Notes: generated by a model from the letters alone, not told the origin. A DNA stretch of 64,000 nucleotides from an uncultured delta proteobacterium (GCA_963804165.1 CAWDPO010000003.1:256359-320358), one strand, 5' to 3'. Positions 20,501 through 31,069 are shown, numbered from the stretch's first letter. Made by a program: numbers and translations.

Positions 20501-20805
20501 CGAGTGGAGCGAGGTGGATCATTGAGAATTCAATGAGATACAAAGGCAGAATTGTTTTCTCGCTGTTGCAAGTTACCACATGAAAGTCATTCACGCGTGT
20601 CGCGCCAAAGAAACTACCGAGTTCTCTGGAGCTTAGAAAGCTGTTGCATAAAACGACGTGCCGATGCGAAATGCCCCGCCGCAATCGATAGACGTTTGAC
20701 TTTGTGTTGGTGATCGCGAAATGCTAATGCGGAGATTGAGGTGAATGTGCGGTGGATAATTTCCCAGTCCGCTAGGAACTGCTCGCTCTCTGGAGGCGCG
20801 CGTCA

Positions 20806-22188
20806 ATGAGTAATGTGCCGGAGCGAAATTCGCGGCCGCGAATCCTCGTCGTCGATGACGATCGCGACATGTGCCATTTTCTCACGGATATATTGACTGA
20901 AGAGGGGTATGACGTCGAGGCCGCCCACGACGGCGAGTCGGCGATTCAAAGATATCAGGCCGGGGCATTTGCCTTGACGATCACAGATCTGATGATGCCG
21001 AAAATGAAAGGCATCGACCTGGTCAAGCGCCTACGCGAGATCGATAACGGCGCCCTGGTGCTGCTCATTACTGCATTTGGCACGATTGAAAGCGCGGTGG
21101 AGGCGATGGCCGCGGGGGCGTTTCACTACGTGACGAAGCCGTTTCACACCGATGAGATACTTATCCAGGTCAAACGCGCGCTCGAACAAAAATATCTCCG
21201 TGACGAAGTCAAAAGGCTGCGCACCGAAGTCCAGGCGCGCGAGCGCTTCCAACATATCATCGGCCGAAGTACGGCGATGCAACGGGTATTTGAAGTCATC
21301 GCGCAGGTGAGCGACTTGCCGGCCAATATTTTGATCGAAGGTGAAAGCGGCACCGGCAAAGAGCTGATCGCGCGCGCGATTCATTTCAACAGCGCAAGAG
21401 CGGCCGGGCCGTTCGTGGCGCTGAATTGCGCGGCCATTCCCGAGACTTTGCTCGAGAGCGAATTGTTCGGCTACGTGCGCGGTGCGTTCACCGATGCGCG
21501 CAAGGACCGGCGGGGCCTCTTTCATGAGGCGGCGGGCGGAACATTGTTTCTAGACGAGATCGGTGAAATTCCGTTAACCCTGCAGGCGAAGTTGTTGCGG
21601 GTTTTGGAAGACAAAGAGATACGCCCGCTGGGGGGCAATCAAAGCGAGAAGGTCGATGCCCGCGTGCTGTCGGCTTGCAATCGCAGTCTGGAAGAACTCG
21701 CGCGCGATGGCAAATTTCGCCAGGATCTTTTTTATCGACTCAACGTCATTCGCATCGAACTGCCGGCGCTGCGCCATAGGCGCGAAGATATACCGCTGCT
21801 CGTCAATCATTTCATGGAAAGATTCGCCATGAGCGTCCACCGCAGTGTCGAAGGCGTCGCGCCGGACGCCCTGGCCGCTTTGACCGGTTACGACTGGCCG
21901 GGAAATATCCGCGAGCTTGAGCACACGATCGAGCGCGCCGTGATTCTCGGTAAGGGAACGATGATCGGGACGGAAGACTTGCCGGTTCACGTAGCCGCTC
22001 GCGCCGAGCAGGAAATCGACCTGGGTCAAGCGGTCGCTAATCAGGTCACCCTGCGCGATCTCGAACGGGAGTACATCGCAAAAGTTTTACATTCCACCCA
22101 CGGCAACAAAACGGAAGCGGCGCGGATCCTGGGAGTGGACCGGACAACGCTGTATCGCAAATTGGAAGAATTCAAATTCAAGGACTAG
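20806..22188 (+). CDS. sigma54-dependent response regulator (NtrC/AtoC/ZraR family)
   Basis: Receiver (VVDDD, DLMMP), GESGTGKE, GAFTDA, LFLDEIGE, Fis-type HTH. Confidence 0.95.
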   Translation: MSNVPERNSRPRILVVDDDRDMCHFLTDILTEEGYDVEAAHDGESAIQRYQAGAFALTITDLMMPKMKGIDLVKRLREIDNGALVLLITAFGTIESAVEAMAAGAFHYVTKPFHTDEILIQVKRALEQKYLRDEVKRLRTEVQARERFQHIIGRSTAMQRVFEVIAQVSDLPANILIEGESGTGKELIARAIHFNSARAAGPFVALNCAAIPETLLESELFGYVRGAFTDARKDRRGLFHEAAGGTLFLDEIGEIPLTLQAKLLRVLEDKEIRPLGGNQSEKVDARVLSACNRSLEELARDGKFRQDLFYRLNVIRIELPALRHRREDIPLLVNHFMERFAMSVHRSVEGVAPDALAALTGYDWPGNIRELEHTIERAVILGKGTMIGTEDLPVHVAARAEQEIDLGQAVANQVTLRDLEREYIAKVLHSTHGNKTEAARILGVDRTTLYRKLEEFKFKD

Positions 22189-22322
22189 CCGGATCTGGTC
22201 GGCGTCGCACGAGGATAGTCAGCAGGGTGCGCGGAAACACATTCGTGCGCCGGTGATTCTCGATCGCGGCGTGCCGAATTTGCCGATGAGATCGCTCGGA
22301 GTCTTGCACCCAGGCTTACGTA

Positions 22323-23456
22323 TTAGCCTAGCGCGCCGATCTCGGCCATGCTTGCGTCGAAGGTGATCTTTTCGTTGTCCGCGGGTTGGCGGAGGATCCA
22401 AAAAGGATCTTTGCCTTGGCGCACCGCATCGATGGATTCCTTAATTGTGTTTCGCAGCAGGATGACGCCTTGGTCGGAGGCGCCGAGATGTTCCTTGCTG
22501 CGATCGTAGATATCGCCCTGGCTTTCCTGGGCGACGCGGTCTTGATCGTGCGACGCGATGCCCCACCAGCCGTCGTCGACCCGCGTATAAACTCCCGGCT
22601 TATCGTCTTCGAAACCGACGGTTTTCTGAATTAACTCTTTGCCGCGACTGGCCTCATCGTTCGGCGTGAAGCGCAGCCAAAATGTCGTAGTCCTGGTATC
22701 GTCCGTCGGCACGCGGAAGCGGATGGCATGATCGGGGATGCGTCCTTTGCGCGCGGTGGTATGGCGCGTATGCGAAGGAAATATCCAGTGGGAGTGCTTG
22801 GGTTTGGACACATCCGGCACGTGCATGGTGATCTTTGCGCCATAGATGGTTTTTTGCCAGCCGATTTCCGGACGCTTCAAAGCCATGTGCGGGTACTCCG
22901 GCGCATGGAGAGCCACGAGATGAGTCTGGTCGACGGAATTCTCCGCGCGCTGGAGCCAATTGCAATATTCCGTGCCGGCGCCGATGACGCGCTCGCCGCT
23001 ATCGGTGAAAAACAAATCATAACGCGGCAACAAAGGCGCCGGATCGGGGCCGATGTAGGCGAAGATAAAACCGGCGATCTCCTGAGCTTTGTACGCCGGA
23101 TGTTGGATGCGGTCTTTGAAGGTGCTGTCGGCGGGCTCGGCGGGTTGTTCCAAGCAGCGACCGTTCACATCGTAGAGCCAGCCGTGATAGCAGCAACGAA
23201 TTCCCTGATCTTCGACTCGGCCGAATTCCAGCGACGTGCCGCGGTGCGAGCAATGTAACTCAACAAGCCCGAGCCGCCCGCCGCCGTCGCGGAAGAGCAC
23301 GAAGTCTTCTCCGAGCAAGCGCACTTTGGTCGGGCTGCCTTTTTCTTTGACAAGCTCGCTGAATCCAACCGGCCACCAGTATCGCCGGAGCATTTCTCCC
23401 GCGGGCGTGCCCGGTCCGACTCGGGTGATCAGCTCGTTTTCTTCTTTGGATAGCAT
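22323..23456 (-). CDS. Rieske oxygenase alpha subunit (phthalate 4,5-dioxygenase-like)
   Basis: CSHRG...CCYHGW Rieske motif; ENSVDQTHLVALH Fe site; QDRVAQESQG. Confidence 0.9.
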   Translation of the reverse strand: MLSKEENELITRVGPGTPAGEMLRRYWWPVGFSELVKEKGSPTKVRLLGEDFVLFRDGGGRLGLVELHCSHRGTSLEFGRVEDQGIRCCYHGWLYDVNGRCLEQPAEPADSTFKDRIQHPAYKAQEIAGFIFAYIGPDPAPLLPRYDLFFTDSGERVIGAGTEYCNWLQRAENSVDQTHLVALHAPEYPHMALKRPEIGWQKTIYGAKITMHVPDVSKPKHSHWIFPSHTRHTTARKGRIPDHAIRFRVPTDDTRTTTFWLRFTPNDEASRGKELIQKTVGFEDDKPGVYTRVDDGWWGIASHDQDRVAQESQGDIYDRSKEHLGASDQGVILLRNTIKESIDAVRQGKDPFWILRQPADNEKITFDASMAEIGALG

Positions 23457-23490
23457 TAGCGAAACCTCCGAAGTCGCTCGATAAAGTCAC

Positions 23491-23603
23491 GGTTCCAATC
23501 GTTCAAGTGGTTCCAGTCGTTCCAAACGTTAAAACAATTCAGTTCGTTCAAGCCGTTCAAACAATTTGGCTCGTTCAAAAGTTCAAGGTTCAATCGTTCA
23601 AAG
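23491..23603 (+). repeat. Degenerate GTTCAA 7-9 bp tandem repeat tract
   Basis: About 11 GTTC(A/C)A units; similar tracts near 11006, 12203, 19114, 27933 and 43677. Confidence 0.8.
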
Positions 23604-23622
23604 TCAGTCGCGAAACTAAGGC

Positions 23623-24714
23623 TCACGAGCCCTTTAGGATCTTCGCCAACTCTTCTTTGAACTGCAGGCCTTCGGCGTCTTCGGTCTTGAGGTAATAACT
23701 GATCGACAGCTTAGGCTCCTGAACTGCGACTTTGTTCTCTTTGAGATATTTCTGCATGATTGTTCCCTCGACCATGTGCGAGCTGCGCGACTCGTGTTTC
23801 TGCAGGACGGCTTGCGCCTCTCTGGTGGTCATGAAGGCGACGAAGAGCTTCGCCAAATTTGGATGGACGGTGTTCTTCGGCACGCTCAATTGAAAATAGT
23901 CGGTGTTGACCGGTGTCACGCCGGGCACGGCGACGAGCGGCGCGCCTTTGGGCTGCCATGACCACATAGCGCTCAACGCATCGCCGAAGTTGGCCATGAT
24001 GGGAAATTCGCCGCTGACGACGCGCTCCTCTTCGCTGTAGCGCAAGCGCCCGCCGCTGATGGCGACGAGCTTGCGCGCGTAGTCTTTGACTTTCTCCTGA
24101 CCCCAAACGAGGGAGAGTTCAGCGAGCCATGCGACGTAGGGCGGAATGGCGATCTTGCCCGTCCAGGTCGAACTCAACTTCGGATCGATCAAGTCGGCAT
24201 AGTTCTTCGGCGCCTTGTCTTTGGAAATCAAATCCTTGTTGTAGACGATGCCATTTGGCGACGTGTAAGTCAGGACCGTTTCAGCGGGAAATATTTCCAT
24301 GTCCTTCGCCACCCAGGAAAAAATCCCCGAGTAGTTGACTTTCTCCAGGGCATTTTCTTTGTGCAGCAGCGCCTGATGGGACTGGGATCCGAGAAAAATA
24401 TCCGACGAGACTTTCCGTCCTGATTTGATTTCCGTGATATGCCGCGCGGCGCGCGCGTTCATATCCGGTCCCGCGGCGAAACTGATTTTCATCGTGAGCC
24501 CGTAGCGCTTATTAAACGCGCCTTCGAGGTCCGCGAGGCCTTTGCGGCCGCCGAAAGTCTGGGCGCCGGCGATGAAAACGAGCTCGTCTTCTTTTTTGGC
24601 GGCGGCGATCAGCGATTCGACGGTATCGGCGGCGTATAGCTGCGACGCGGCAAAAAGTACCGACGCGAGCAGCGGCAGGCTGAATTGCGATGCCTTATTC
24701 ACGAACCGTTTCAT
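23623..24714 (-). CDS. Extracellular solute-binding protein (Fe3+/spermidine-type family)
   Basis: Signal peptide; AAAKKE, DLIDPK, HPNLAKLFVAFM motifs. Confidence 0.82.
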   Translation of the reverse strand: MKRFVNKASQFSLPLLASVLFAASQLYAADTVESLIAAAKKEDELVFIAGAQTFGGRKGLADLEGAFNKRYGLTMKISFAAGPDMNARAARHITEIKSGRKVSSDIFLGSQSHQALLHKENALEKVNYSGIFSWVAKDMEIFPAETVLTYTSPNGIVYNKDLISKDKAPKNYADLIDPKLSSTWTGKIAIPPYVAWLAELSLVWGQEKVKDYARKLVAISGGRLRYSEEERVVSGEFPIMANFGDALSAMWSWQPKGAPLVAVPGVTPVNTDYFQLSVPKNTVHPNLAKLFVAFMTTREAQAVLQKHESRSSHMVEGTIMQKYLKENKVAVQEPKLSISYYLKTEDAEGLQFKEELAKILKGS

Positions 24715-24726
24715 AGTCACCCCCGG

Positions 24727-25882
24727 TCAGCTTAACTGAAATTCACCCGGCACCGGGGCCAGAAGCTTATTTTTCACCGGATCGCGGATGATTCCGACGG
24801 GATCTTGGCCGCGTTGCACCGCTTCGATGCATTGCTTGAACATGCGGCGCAGCATGATAACGCCTTCATCCGAGACGCCGAGGTGCTCGCCGCTGCGGTC
24901 GAAGACCGGTCCTTGGCTTTCCTGAGCACAGCGGTCCTGATCGCCGCGCGCGATCCAGCCGGTTTCTTCGTCCCAGCGATATTTGCCCGGTGTACTGTCG
25001 CCTAAACCCTGCGCCGATTGGTCCTTTGGGAACTTGCCCGACACTTTGCCGTTGACCATGGGCCCGAAATACAGAGTAAAGTGCATCGTGTTCGTGTCGT
25101 CGATCGGGGACGCGCCAGCGCAGCGCTTCGTACCCTTCGTGGGTCGCCGCGAAAGCCGCGGGATGATCTTCGTTCAAGTGATAGCCGACTTTGTTCATGT
25201 TCGGCATTAAAAAATGGCTTACCGTCATGAACGTACCGTCGGGCACGGTTCGGGTGAAAGTGTCGCGGATGCCGAACTCGGTGATTTCGGAAGTGAGCTT
25301 CTCGTCAGTCCAGAAGCGAGTTTTGGGCGTCCGGTGGAGCCACTTAAAATGGTGCTGGTCAACGCTGTTTTCGACGGTCTGTAGATAATTGCAGTGAATG
25401 ACCCGCGCGGCCAGCGAGCGCGCGCCGTCTTCGCGAACCAGCACATCCCAGCGCGGCAACAGCGGCGCGGGCTCCGGTCCGATATAAGCGAAAATGATTC
25501 CAGCAGCTTCTTGAGCCTTGTAAGCTTTTTGACGAATGCGATCTTTAAACGTGCTGTCCGGCGGTTCGCCGGGCATCTGGAGAACTTTGCCGTCGACGTC
25601 GTAGAGCCAGCCGTGATAACAGCAGCGAATGCCGCCGTCCTCGACATGGCCGAATTCCAGCGACGTGCCGCGATGCGAGCAGCGCAGGGTGAGGAGTCCG
25701 ACCCGGCCTTGGTCGTCGCGAAAGACCACCAGATCCTCGCCGAGCAAGCGCCGCCGCAGCGGCCGGCCTTTGAGCTCCGCGCTCAGGCCGATGGGGTGCC
25801 AGTAGCGACGCATCATTTCGCCGCAGGGAGTGCCCGGAGCCACGTGAGTGATCAATTCATTTTCTTCAACAGTGAGAGCCAT
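24727..25882 (-). CDS. Rieske oxygenase alpha subunit; +1 frameshift near 25107
   Basis: CSHRG..CCYHGW; ENSVDQHH; C-terminal half (QDRCAQESQG, EHLGVSDEGV) in a second frame; break in a G4 run. Confidence 0.88.
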
Positions 25883-26020
25883 AGTAATTCTCCTGCGTAA
25901 AATCGACCGGAAGTCTAACGGAGATATATTCGAGACAGAAACGTGTCAACGCGCACTCGCAAATCCAAAGGCTCTCGCTTCGTTCGAAATGGCATGAGCC
26001 GTACCGACGTTGCCATCGTC

Positions 26021-26053
26021 CGTCATTCCCGCATGTATTTAGCGGGAATCCAG
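26021..26053 (+). repeat. CGTCATTCCCGC..GCGGGAATCCA REP-like palindrome
   Basis: Related copy at 29656-29731. Confidence 0.65.
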
Positions 26054-26124
26054 ACGAACGTCTCAGTGTTTGTCACCAATGGATCAGACTGACCATTGAG
26101 CAGACGATTCACATGTCAACTTAT

Positions 26125-26886
26125 TTATCGGATTCCCTTTCGCTCTAAAAACGCTTTGAACCCTTCGCGCGGCGAATTGGCTTTTAGTTTTCCTTTGCGC
26201 GCGTTTTGTTCGGCATCGAAACGCTCGCGCCACGCCATGCCGATGTCGTCATTGAGCAAACGTTTGATGCCTTGGACCATGCGCGGATCGTTTTCGCTGA
26301 TCTGTTTGGCCATTTCGATCGCAGCATCGCGCAGCCGCGCGCATGGCACAACTTGGTTGAGCAAGCCGATACGTTCGGCTTCGTCGGCCTTGATCGGCCG
26401 GCCGGTGTAGAGCAGCTCCTTGGCTTTGGGCATGCCGACGACCAGCGGCAATGACCACGTCGAGTTGGCGCGTCCGTATTTGGCCGCAAGGAATTGAATT
26501 TCCGCGTGCTCGCAGCCGATGCGGATGTCCAGCATGGTCGTCAACTGCGCGCCGGCGCCATACGCCAGGCCGTTGATCGCGCCGATGATCGGTTTTGTGA
26601 AAGTGGCAAGATGCCAATTGGCTTCGCGGCGGATGTCCGTTCGCGCGGCCATTTCTTCCGGCGTCGATTTCACCATTTGCATGATGTCGCCGCCGGCGGA
26701 AAAGGCGCGCGGCCCGGCGCCGGTGAGAATCACCACGCGCGCGTCATCGTCGTTTTCGATCTTGGTGAGTTCTTCGTCCAGCTCGCAGGCCAGCTCGTAG
26801 TTCATGGCGTTGAGTTTCTCAGGACGATTGAGCGTGATGATGGCGACTTTATCGACGCGCTCGGCGAGAATATTTTGGTAACTCAT
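26125..26886 (-). CDS. Enoyl-CoA hydratase/isomerase family protein
   Basis: LNRPEKLNAM, FSAGGDI, KPIIGAING. Confidence 0.9.
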   Translation of the reverse strand: MSYQNILAERVDKVAIITLNRPEKLNAMNYELACELDEELTKIENDDDARVVILTGAGPRAFSAGGDIMQMVKSTPEEMAARTDIRREANWHLATFTKPIIGAINGLAYGAGAQLTTMLDIRIGCEHAEIQFLAAKYGRANSTWSLPLVVGMPKAKELLYTGRPIKADEAERIGLLNQVVPCARLRDAAIEMAKQISENDPRMVQGIKRLLNDDIGMAWRERFDAEQNARKGKLKANSPREGFKAFLERKGIR

Positions 26887-26913
26887 ATGATTTCTCCTCT
26901 AGTCCACCGCGCA

Positions 26914-27852
26914 TTACAACAGAAAGGAACGAACCCTGCAAATTAACCGAAATACGAAAAAATAGTAACAAGCGTGTAGGGGCAACCCCTGTGGTTGCCC
27001 GTTCAAAGAGGGCAGGCACGGGGGCCTGCCCCTACAAAAATAAACCCCAGACCCGGAGCCCAACAGCTTTTTCACGTTCGATACGGGTTCGTAAACCACC
27101 GCCTGTTTGATCGCGGCGTCGATTTTCGTCGCCATCGGATTGCGGATTTCTTCGGCGATGTGACCGATGGCGCCGAGGGTCCTACCGATCAGCGCGAATG
27201 CCTTGGTGATTTGCCACGGGTAACCCATGTCCAACGCGATGGCGCCGATGGCGCCGGTGACGTTGACCGGGATTAACCGTTTGCGCCGTTCGGAGGCGAG
27301 CGCAGAGAGCTTTTGGATCAGCTCGCAATACTTGCCGTAAACGCCGGTTTCTTTGGCGATGCCGAGTAGCGTGTCGACGCGCGGGTCGCCTTCGGCATGT
27401 GTGCGATGGCCGATGCCGGGCATGCGCTGTTTTCTTTTGTTGTAATCGTCGATGATGGACGCGGCGATCGCGTCCAGGTCGGGATTCGCCACGTCTACGG
27501 GAAGCGCGTCGACGAGCATTTTTGCCGACCATTCCGACGACCCCAGGTGCACGCTGCCGGCGCCACACAGTGCCGCGGCCACCGCCGCTTGCATGGCCTC
27601 GGGCGCGCAATGATAAATGAGCCGCGCCGCGATAACGTGGGAAACTAGCCCATGTTCGACGAGTATAATCAGAAGCGCATCGAGCATTTTGGCTTCATTG
27701 GGCGTCGGTAACCGTCCGCGTAATATGAGCGAAGTCATCTCCGTAAAAGTGATCTTGCCGACCAACTCTTTATTCAAATCATAGCCGCGCACGAGTATGC
27801 GATGCAGTTCCGCATTGCCGATGCCCGTGACGATCTTAACGGGTTCCGCCAT
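26914..27852 (-). CDS. Citryl-CoA lyase / citrate synthase-like protein; C-terminus probably over-extended
   Basis: RGYDL, EHG, HLG, PGIGHRTH..DPR, NVTGA; family similarity ends near 27085 and the remainder reads through a REP doublet. Confidence 0.85.
   Translation of the reverse strand: MAEPVKIVTGIGNAELHRILVRGYDLNKELVGKITFTEMTSLILRGRLPTPNEAKMLDALLIILVEHGLVSHVIAARLIYHCAPEAMQAAVAAALCGAGSVHLGSSEWSAKMLVDALPVDVANPDLDAIAASIIDDYNKRKQRMPGIGHRTHAEGDPRVDTLLGIAKETGVYGKYCELIQKLSALASERRKRLIPVNVTGAIGAIALDMGYPWQITKAFALIGRTLGAIGHIAEEIRNPMATKIDAAIKQAVVYEPVSNVKKLLGSGSGVYFCRGRPPCLPSLNGQPQGLPLHACYYFFVFRLICRVRSFLL
26975..27036. repeat. GTAG-family REP doublet (REPIN)
   Basis: TGTAGGGGCAACCCCTGTGGTTGCCC ... 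GGGCAGGCACGGGGGCCTGCCCCTACA. Confidence 0.85.
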
Positions 27853-28124
27853 GTTTTAATTCCTCCAAGAAAAAGTTTGTGCGAATGGATAGTAAGCTAC
27901 GTTGTTGCCGATCGTCAAACGGCGAACAACGGGGTTTAAAGTTCAACGTTCAATGTTCAAGGCATGTGCTGAACGTAGTGAAGGACAGATCCTTCGAAGC
28001 TCAGGATGCGCGAGGCGCGCACCTGGAACCTTGAACTAGACGTGCGGAATGGTCGGTTTATTTCTCCTGATATTTGTGTGTAATATGCCCGCAAGTTAAC
28101 GAGCCAATAGGAAGCAGCTGCACG

Positions 28125-29369
28125 ATGGGCGATTATATTAAGGAACACTACGATTTCCCGCTGACCCAAAAAAGCGCGAATAAACCACTTAAAGGCGTGC
28201 GTGTTATCGATGCCGGCAACATGGTCGCGGCGCCGTTCGCGACGGTATTGCTCGCCGACTTCGGCGCGGACGTGATTAAGATTGAGCATCCAAAATACGG
28301 TGACGGCCAGCGCAAGCTGGAGCCGATTATGAATGGTATCCCACTTTGGTGGAAATCGGTGGCGCGCAATAAGCGCTGCATCACACTCGATCTGGGGAAG
28401 CCGGAAGGCGCAGAAATTTTTAAACAGCTGATCAAAGGCACGGACGTGATCGTGGAAAACTACCGCCCCGGAACCTTCGAGAAGTGGGGCATTGGGCCTG
28501 ACGTGATTCGAACAATCGATCCGCGGATCATTCTTTTGCGTATCTCGGGATTCGGCCAGACCGGCCCATACAAAACTCGCGCGGGCTTTGGCCGCGTCGC
28601 TGAAGCGATGAGCGGACTTACCAATCTCATCGGCGAGCCGGACGGGCCGCCGATGTCGCCCGGATATCCACTCGGCGACCTGATCGCGGGCATTTTCGGC
28701 TCGCTCTCCGTCATGATGGCGCTGTATCACCGCGATCTACGCGGCGGTGAGGGGCAGGTGATCGATCTCGCGCTCTTCGAGGCAGTTTTTCGTTTTTTGG
28801 ATTTCGACCCGATCCAATACGACCAGATGAAAGTCGTCCATAAGCGCACCGGCAACCGCGTCGCTTATGTCGCGCCGAGTTCCATGTTCAGAACGAAGGA
28901 CGGGAAATACCTCACGCTCGCTGCCAGCACGCAGAGCGTGTGGTTGCGATTGGCCGAGGCTATCGGCCGCAAAGACCTTACAACCGATCCGAAGTTTATC
29001 GATAACTCGGCGCGGGTAGAAAATTCCGTGGAGTGTAACGGCATCGTTGGCGCCTGGATTGAGCAACACAGCCGCGATGAAGTGATCGAACACTTCGACA
29101 AGCATGGCGTGGCTTACTCCGCCGTCTTCGACATGGAAGACGCCTTCCGCGATGTTCAATATCGAGCCCGCGAAGCGATGGTGCGCGTCCCCGACGCCGA
29201 CCTCGGCGAGGCGATCGTGCAGAACGTCGTACCCAAGTTTTCCGCAACCCCCGGCTCGGTGGATTTTCTCGGCCCACAAATGGGTGCCCAAAACGAGGAA
29301 ATTTTTTGTGGCGAGCTCGGGCTGTCCAAAGAACGACTGCAAGCGCTTAAAGACGCCGGAATCATTTAG
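28125..29369 (+). CDS. Family III CoA-transferase (CaiB/BaiF)
   Basis: PLKGVRVID, LADFGADVIKIE, RNKRCITLDL, ENYRPG, GD catalytic Asp region. Confidence 0.92.
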   Translation: MGDYIKEHYDFPLTQKSANKPLKGVRVIDAGNMVAAPFATVLLADFGADVIKIEHPKYGDGQRKLEPIMNGIPLWWKSVARNKRCITLDLGKPEGAEIFKQLIKGTDVIVENYRPGTFEKWGIGPDVIRTIDPRIILLRISGFGQTGPYKTRAGFGRVAEAMSGLTNLIGEPDGPPMSPGYPLGDLIAGIFGSLSVMMALYHRDLRGGEGQVIDLALFEAVFRFLDFDPIQYDQMKVVHKRTGNRVAYVAPSSMFRTKDGKYLTLAASTQSVWLRLAEAIGRKDLTTDPKFIDNSARVENSVECNGIVGAWIEQHSRDEVIEHFDKHGVAYSAVFDMEDAFRDVQYRAREAMVRVPDADLGEAIVQNVVPKFSATPGSVDFLGPQMGAQNEEIFCGELGLSKERLQALKDAGII

Positions 29370-29495
29370 CTCCTCTGTTACTTCGCGCGCGGAGGGGTGA
29401 AACAGATTTGATCTCTATCGCGGTTTCTGCCGTCGAGTGTCCGGTTTACTGAACGACCCTCGGCTCTAAGCCGAGCGGTTCTCAACGTGTCGACG

Positions 29496-29635
29496 AGTGG
29501 ACTGTAACAGTTGATTCGCATCTGTATATTTGGCGCTCTTCGACGCGCTCAGGGCGAGCGGACTAAAAAAGCCGTTCGTAGTGAGGCTCTCGAGCCATGA
29601 ACGGAAGACGCCATTCACGTGTTACAGTCTACTAA
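29496..29635. mobile_element. MITE-like element with GTGGACTGTAACA / TGTTACAGTCTAC ends enclosing a REP pair
   Basis: Terminal inverted repeats; the 21-mer GGACTGTAACAGTTGATTCGC recurs inverted at 48111-48131. Confidence 0.7.
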
Positions 29636-29794
29636 TAGAAGTCGATTTCATTATCCGTCATTCCCGCGCAGGCTGAATCCAGGCTAATTTAGTCGCGTAA
29701 GTCGAACCTGGATGCCTCCGCCGGCATGACGATTTGTGTCGTCAGTCAAGGCGGGGTTGTAAGCATCCTTGGTAGAGCCATAAATCCGTTGGAA

Positions 29795-31057
29795 CTATTT
29801 TGGTGCGGGAAGTTTTGGGTAGATCAACCGCCAGCGTTCGTCGCCGTTAATCTTTGAAATTGTTCCGATCGCTTGCTCGTATCTGGGTTCGCGGTATTGA
29901 AGCGCTGCGCGCCTCAGCAAAGGGGCGAGCTTCTCGGGCTGAAAAGCCGAGATCTGCTTGTAGGGCCACGGTTTCACGCCGGTCGCGAAAGGCATCAGCC
30001 GATCCAGAGCTTTACGAATACTTCGTGTATCGTCCGTTTGGAAATTCCAAAGGTGAGCTCCCAGTTTTTCTCCGATCGCCGCCGCGGTAAAGAACGCCTC
30101 GAGGTTGAAAACGGCATAGTTCCACCCCTGCGTGCGCGCAAACTCGCGCGGCTGGCGGCCGTCGGGTTCAATCTGCTTGGCGATGCGCTTGACGCCAAAT
30201 TCACCCATGACTTTCATCGCCACCTCGCCACGACCGACAAAAAGCGCGAACCCGGCGATTTGCACGTCGTACCACGTGCCGTGATTGTTGTCCGCTTTCG
30301 CTGCGATTTTTCCTTCCGCACTTTCGATAAGCCAGGTCAGGTAAGAGTTGAACCAGGTTTGCAATTGCTCGTGATCCGTTTCCGCCCACGACTTTGAACC
30401 CACGAGCAACCCGACCGAATCAAGCAGCTCGGGCAGATTGTGTGTTTCGATAATACCGTCGCCGCGCCCTTGGTTCCGACCAGGAATCGATTGAGCATAG
30501 CGAAGATGTGGATTCATTTTGGTCGTCGCATCAAAAAACCAAACCCGCAGCGTCTTCGCGGCGTGAGCGGCGTAGGCTTCACGGTCTGTGAAAAGATAGC
30601 CGAGCGCGAGCGTCTTTACGGTTTGGATCATGTTGTCGAGTCTTTTCCGGTCCGAGGTCTGGTCACGTTCGGGATTCACTTCGCCGTCGCGGCGAACATA
30701 AGGCAGACCGGTTGCCGTGTTCGGATTGGGCCACCAGTACGGGGCGTTGCTCATGTAATCATGCCTATCGCCGCCAGGCGAAGTGATCTCTTTTTCCGTT
30801 ACTGAAAATGGTCCGCCGAGAAGTGCCCGATCGGCATCGCGCTTGAGCTTATCTAACGACGGCGTCAACGAGGCGTCGCCGGCTTGCAGCAGCTGTTTAA
30901 CCTTGGCTAAGGCGGACCCTTCAAGAATAAGTAGCGGCGGCGGTTCGGTGGCGTAGCTTGCGCTAGGCAAGGCCGCAACAACTAGAGAAAACACAAGGAG
31001 CGCGAAGGCCGCGATGACCGTCGGTCGAACTCCGGCTTCTTCGAACCTACGACCCAT
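29795..31057 (-). CDS. Secreted alginate lyase family protein (alpha/alpha toroid)
   Basis: Signal peptide; HDYMSNAPYWWP, RRDGEVNP, MNPHLRYAQ, NNHGTWY. Confidence 0.88.
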   Translation of the reverse strand: MGRRFEEAGVRPTVIAAFALLVFSLVVAALPSASYATEPPPLLILEGSALAKVKQLLQAGDASLTPSLDKLKRDADRALLGGPFSVTEKEITSPGGDRHDYMSNAPYWWPNPNTATGLPYVRRDGEVNPERDQTSDRKRLDNMIQTVKTLALGYLFTDREAYAAHAAKTLRVWFFDATTKMNPHLRYAQSIPGRNQGRGDGIIETHNLPELLDSVGLLVGSKSWAETDHEQLQTWFNSYLTWLIESAEGKIAAKADNNHGTWYDVQIAGFALFVGRGEVAMKVMGEFGVKRIAKQIEPDGRQPREFARTQGWNYAVFNLEAFFTAAAIGEKLGAHLWNFQTDDTRSIRKALDRLMPFATGVKPWPYKQISAFQPEKLAPLLRRAALQYREPRYEQAIGTISKINGDERWRLIYPKLPAPK

Positions 31058-31069
31058 CGCTCGGGCTGC

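Noticed and set aside
23491-23603. CRISPR array
   Set aside because: Units are 7-9 bp and degenerate, without unique spacers; no cas genes in the window
29455-29480. IS200/IS605-like end hairpin CCCTCGGCTCTAAGCCGAGCGG
   Set aside because: Single short palindrome with no tnpA/tnpB or second end
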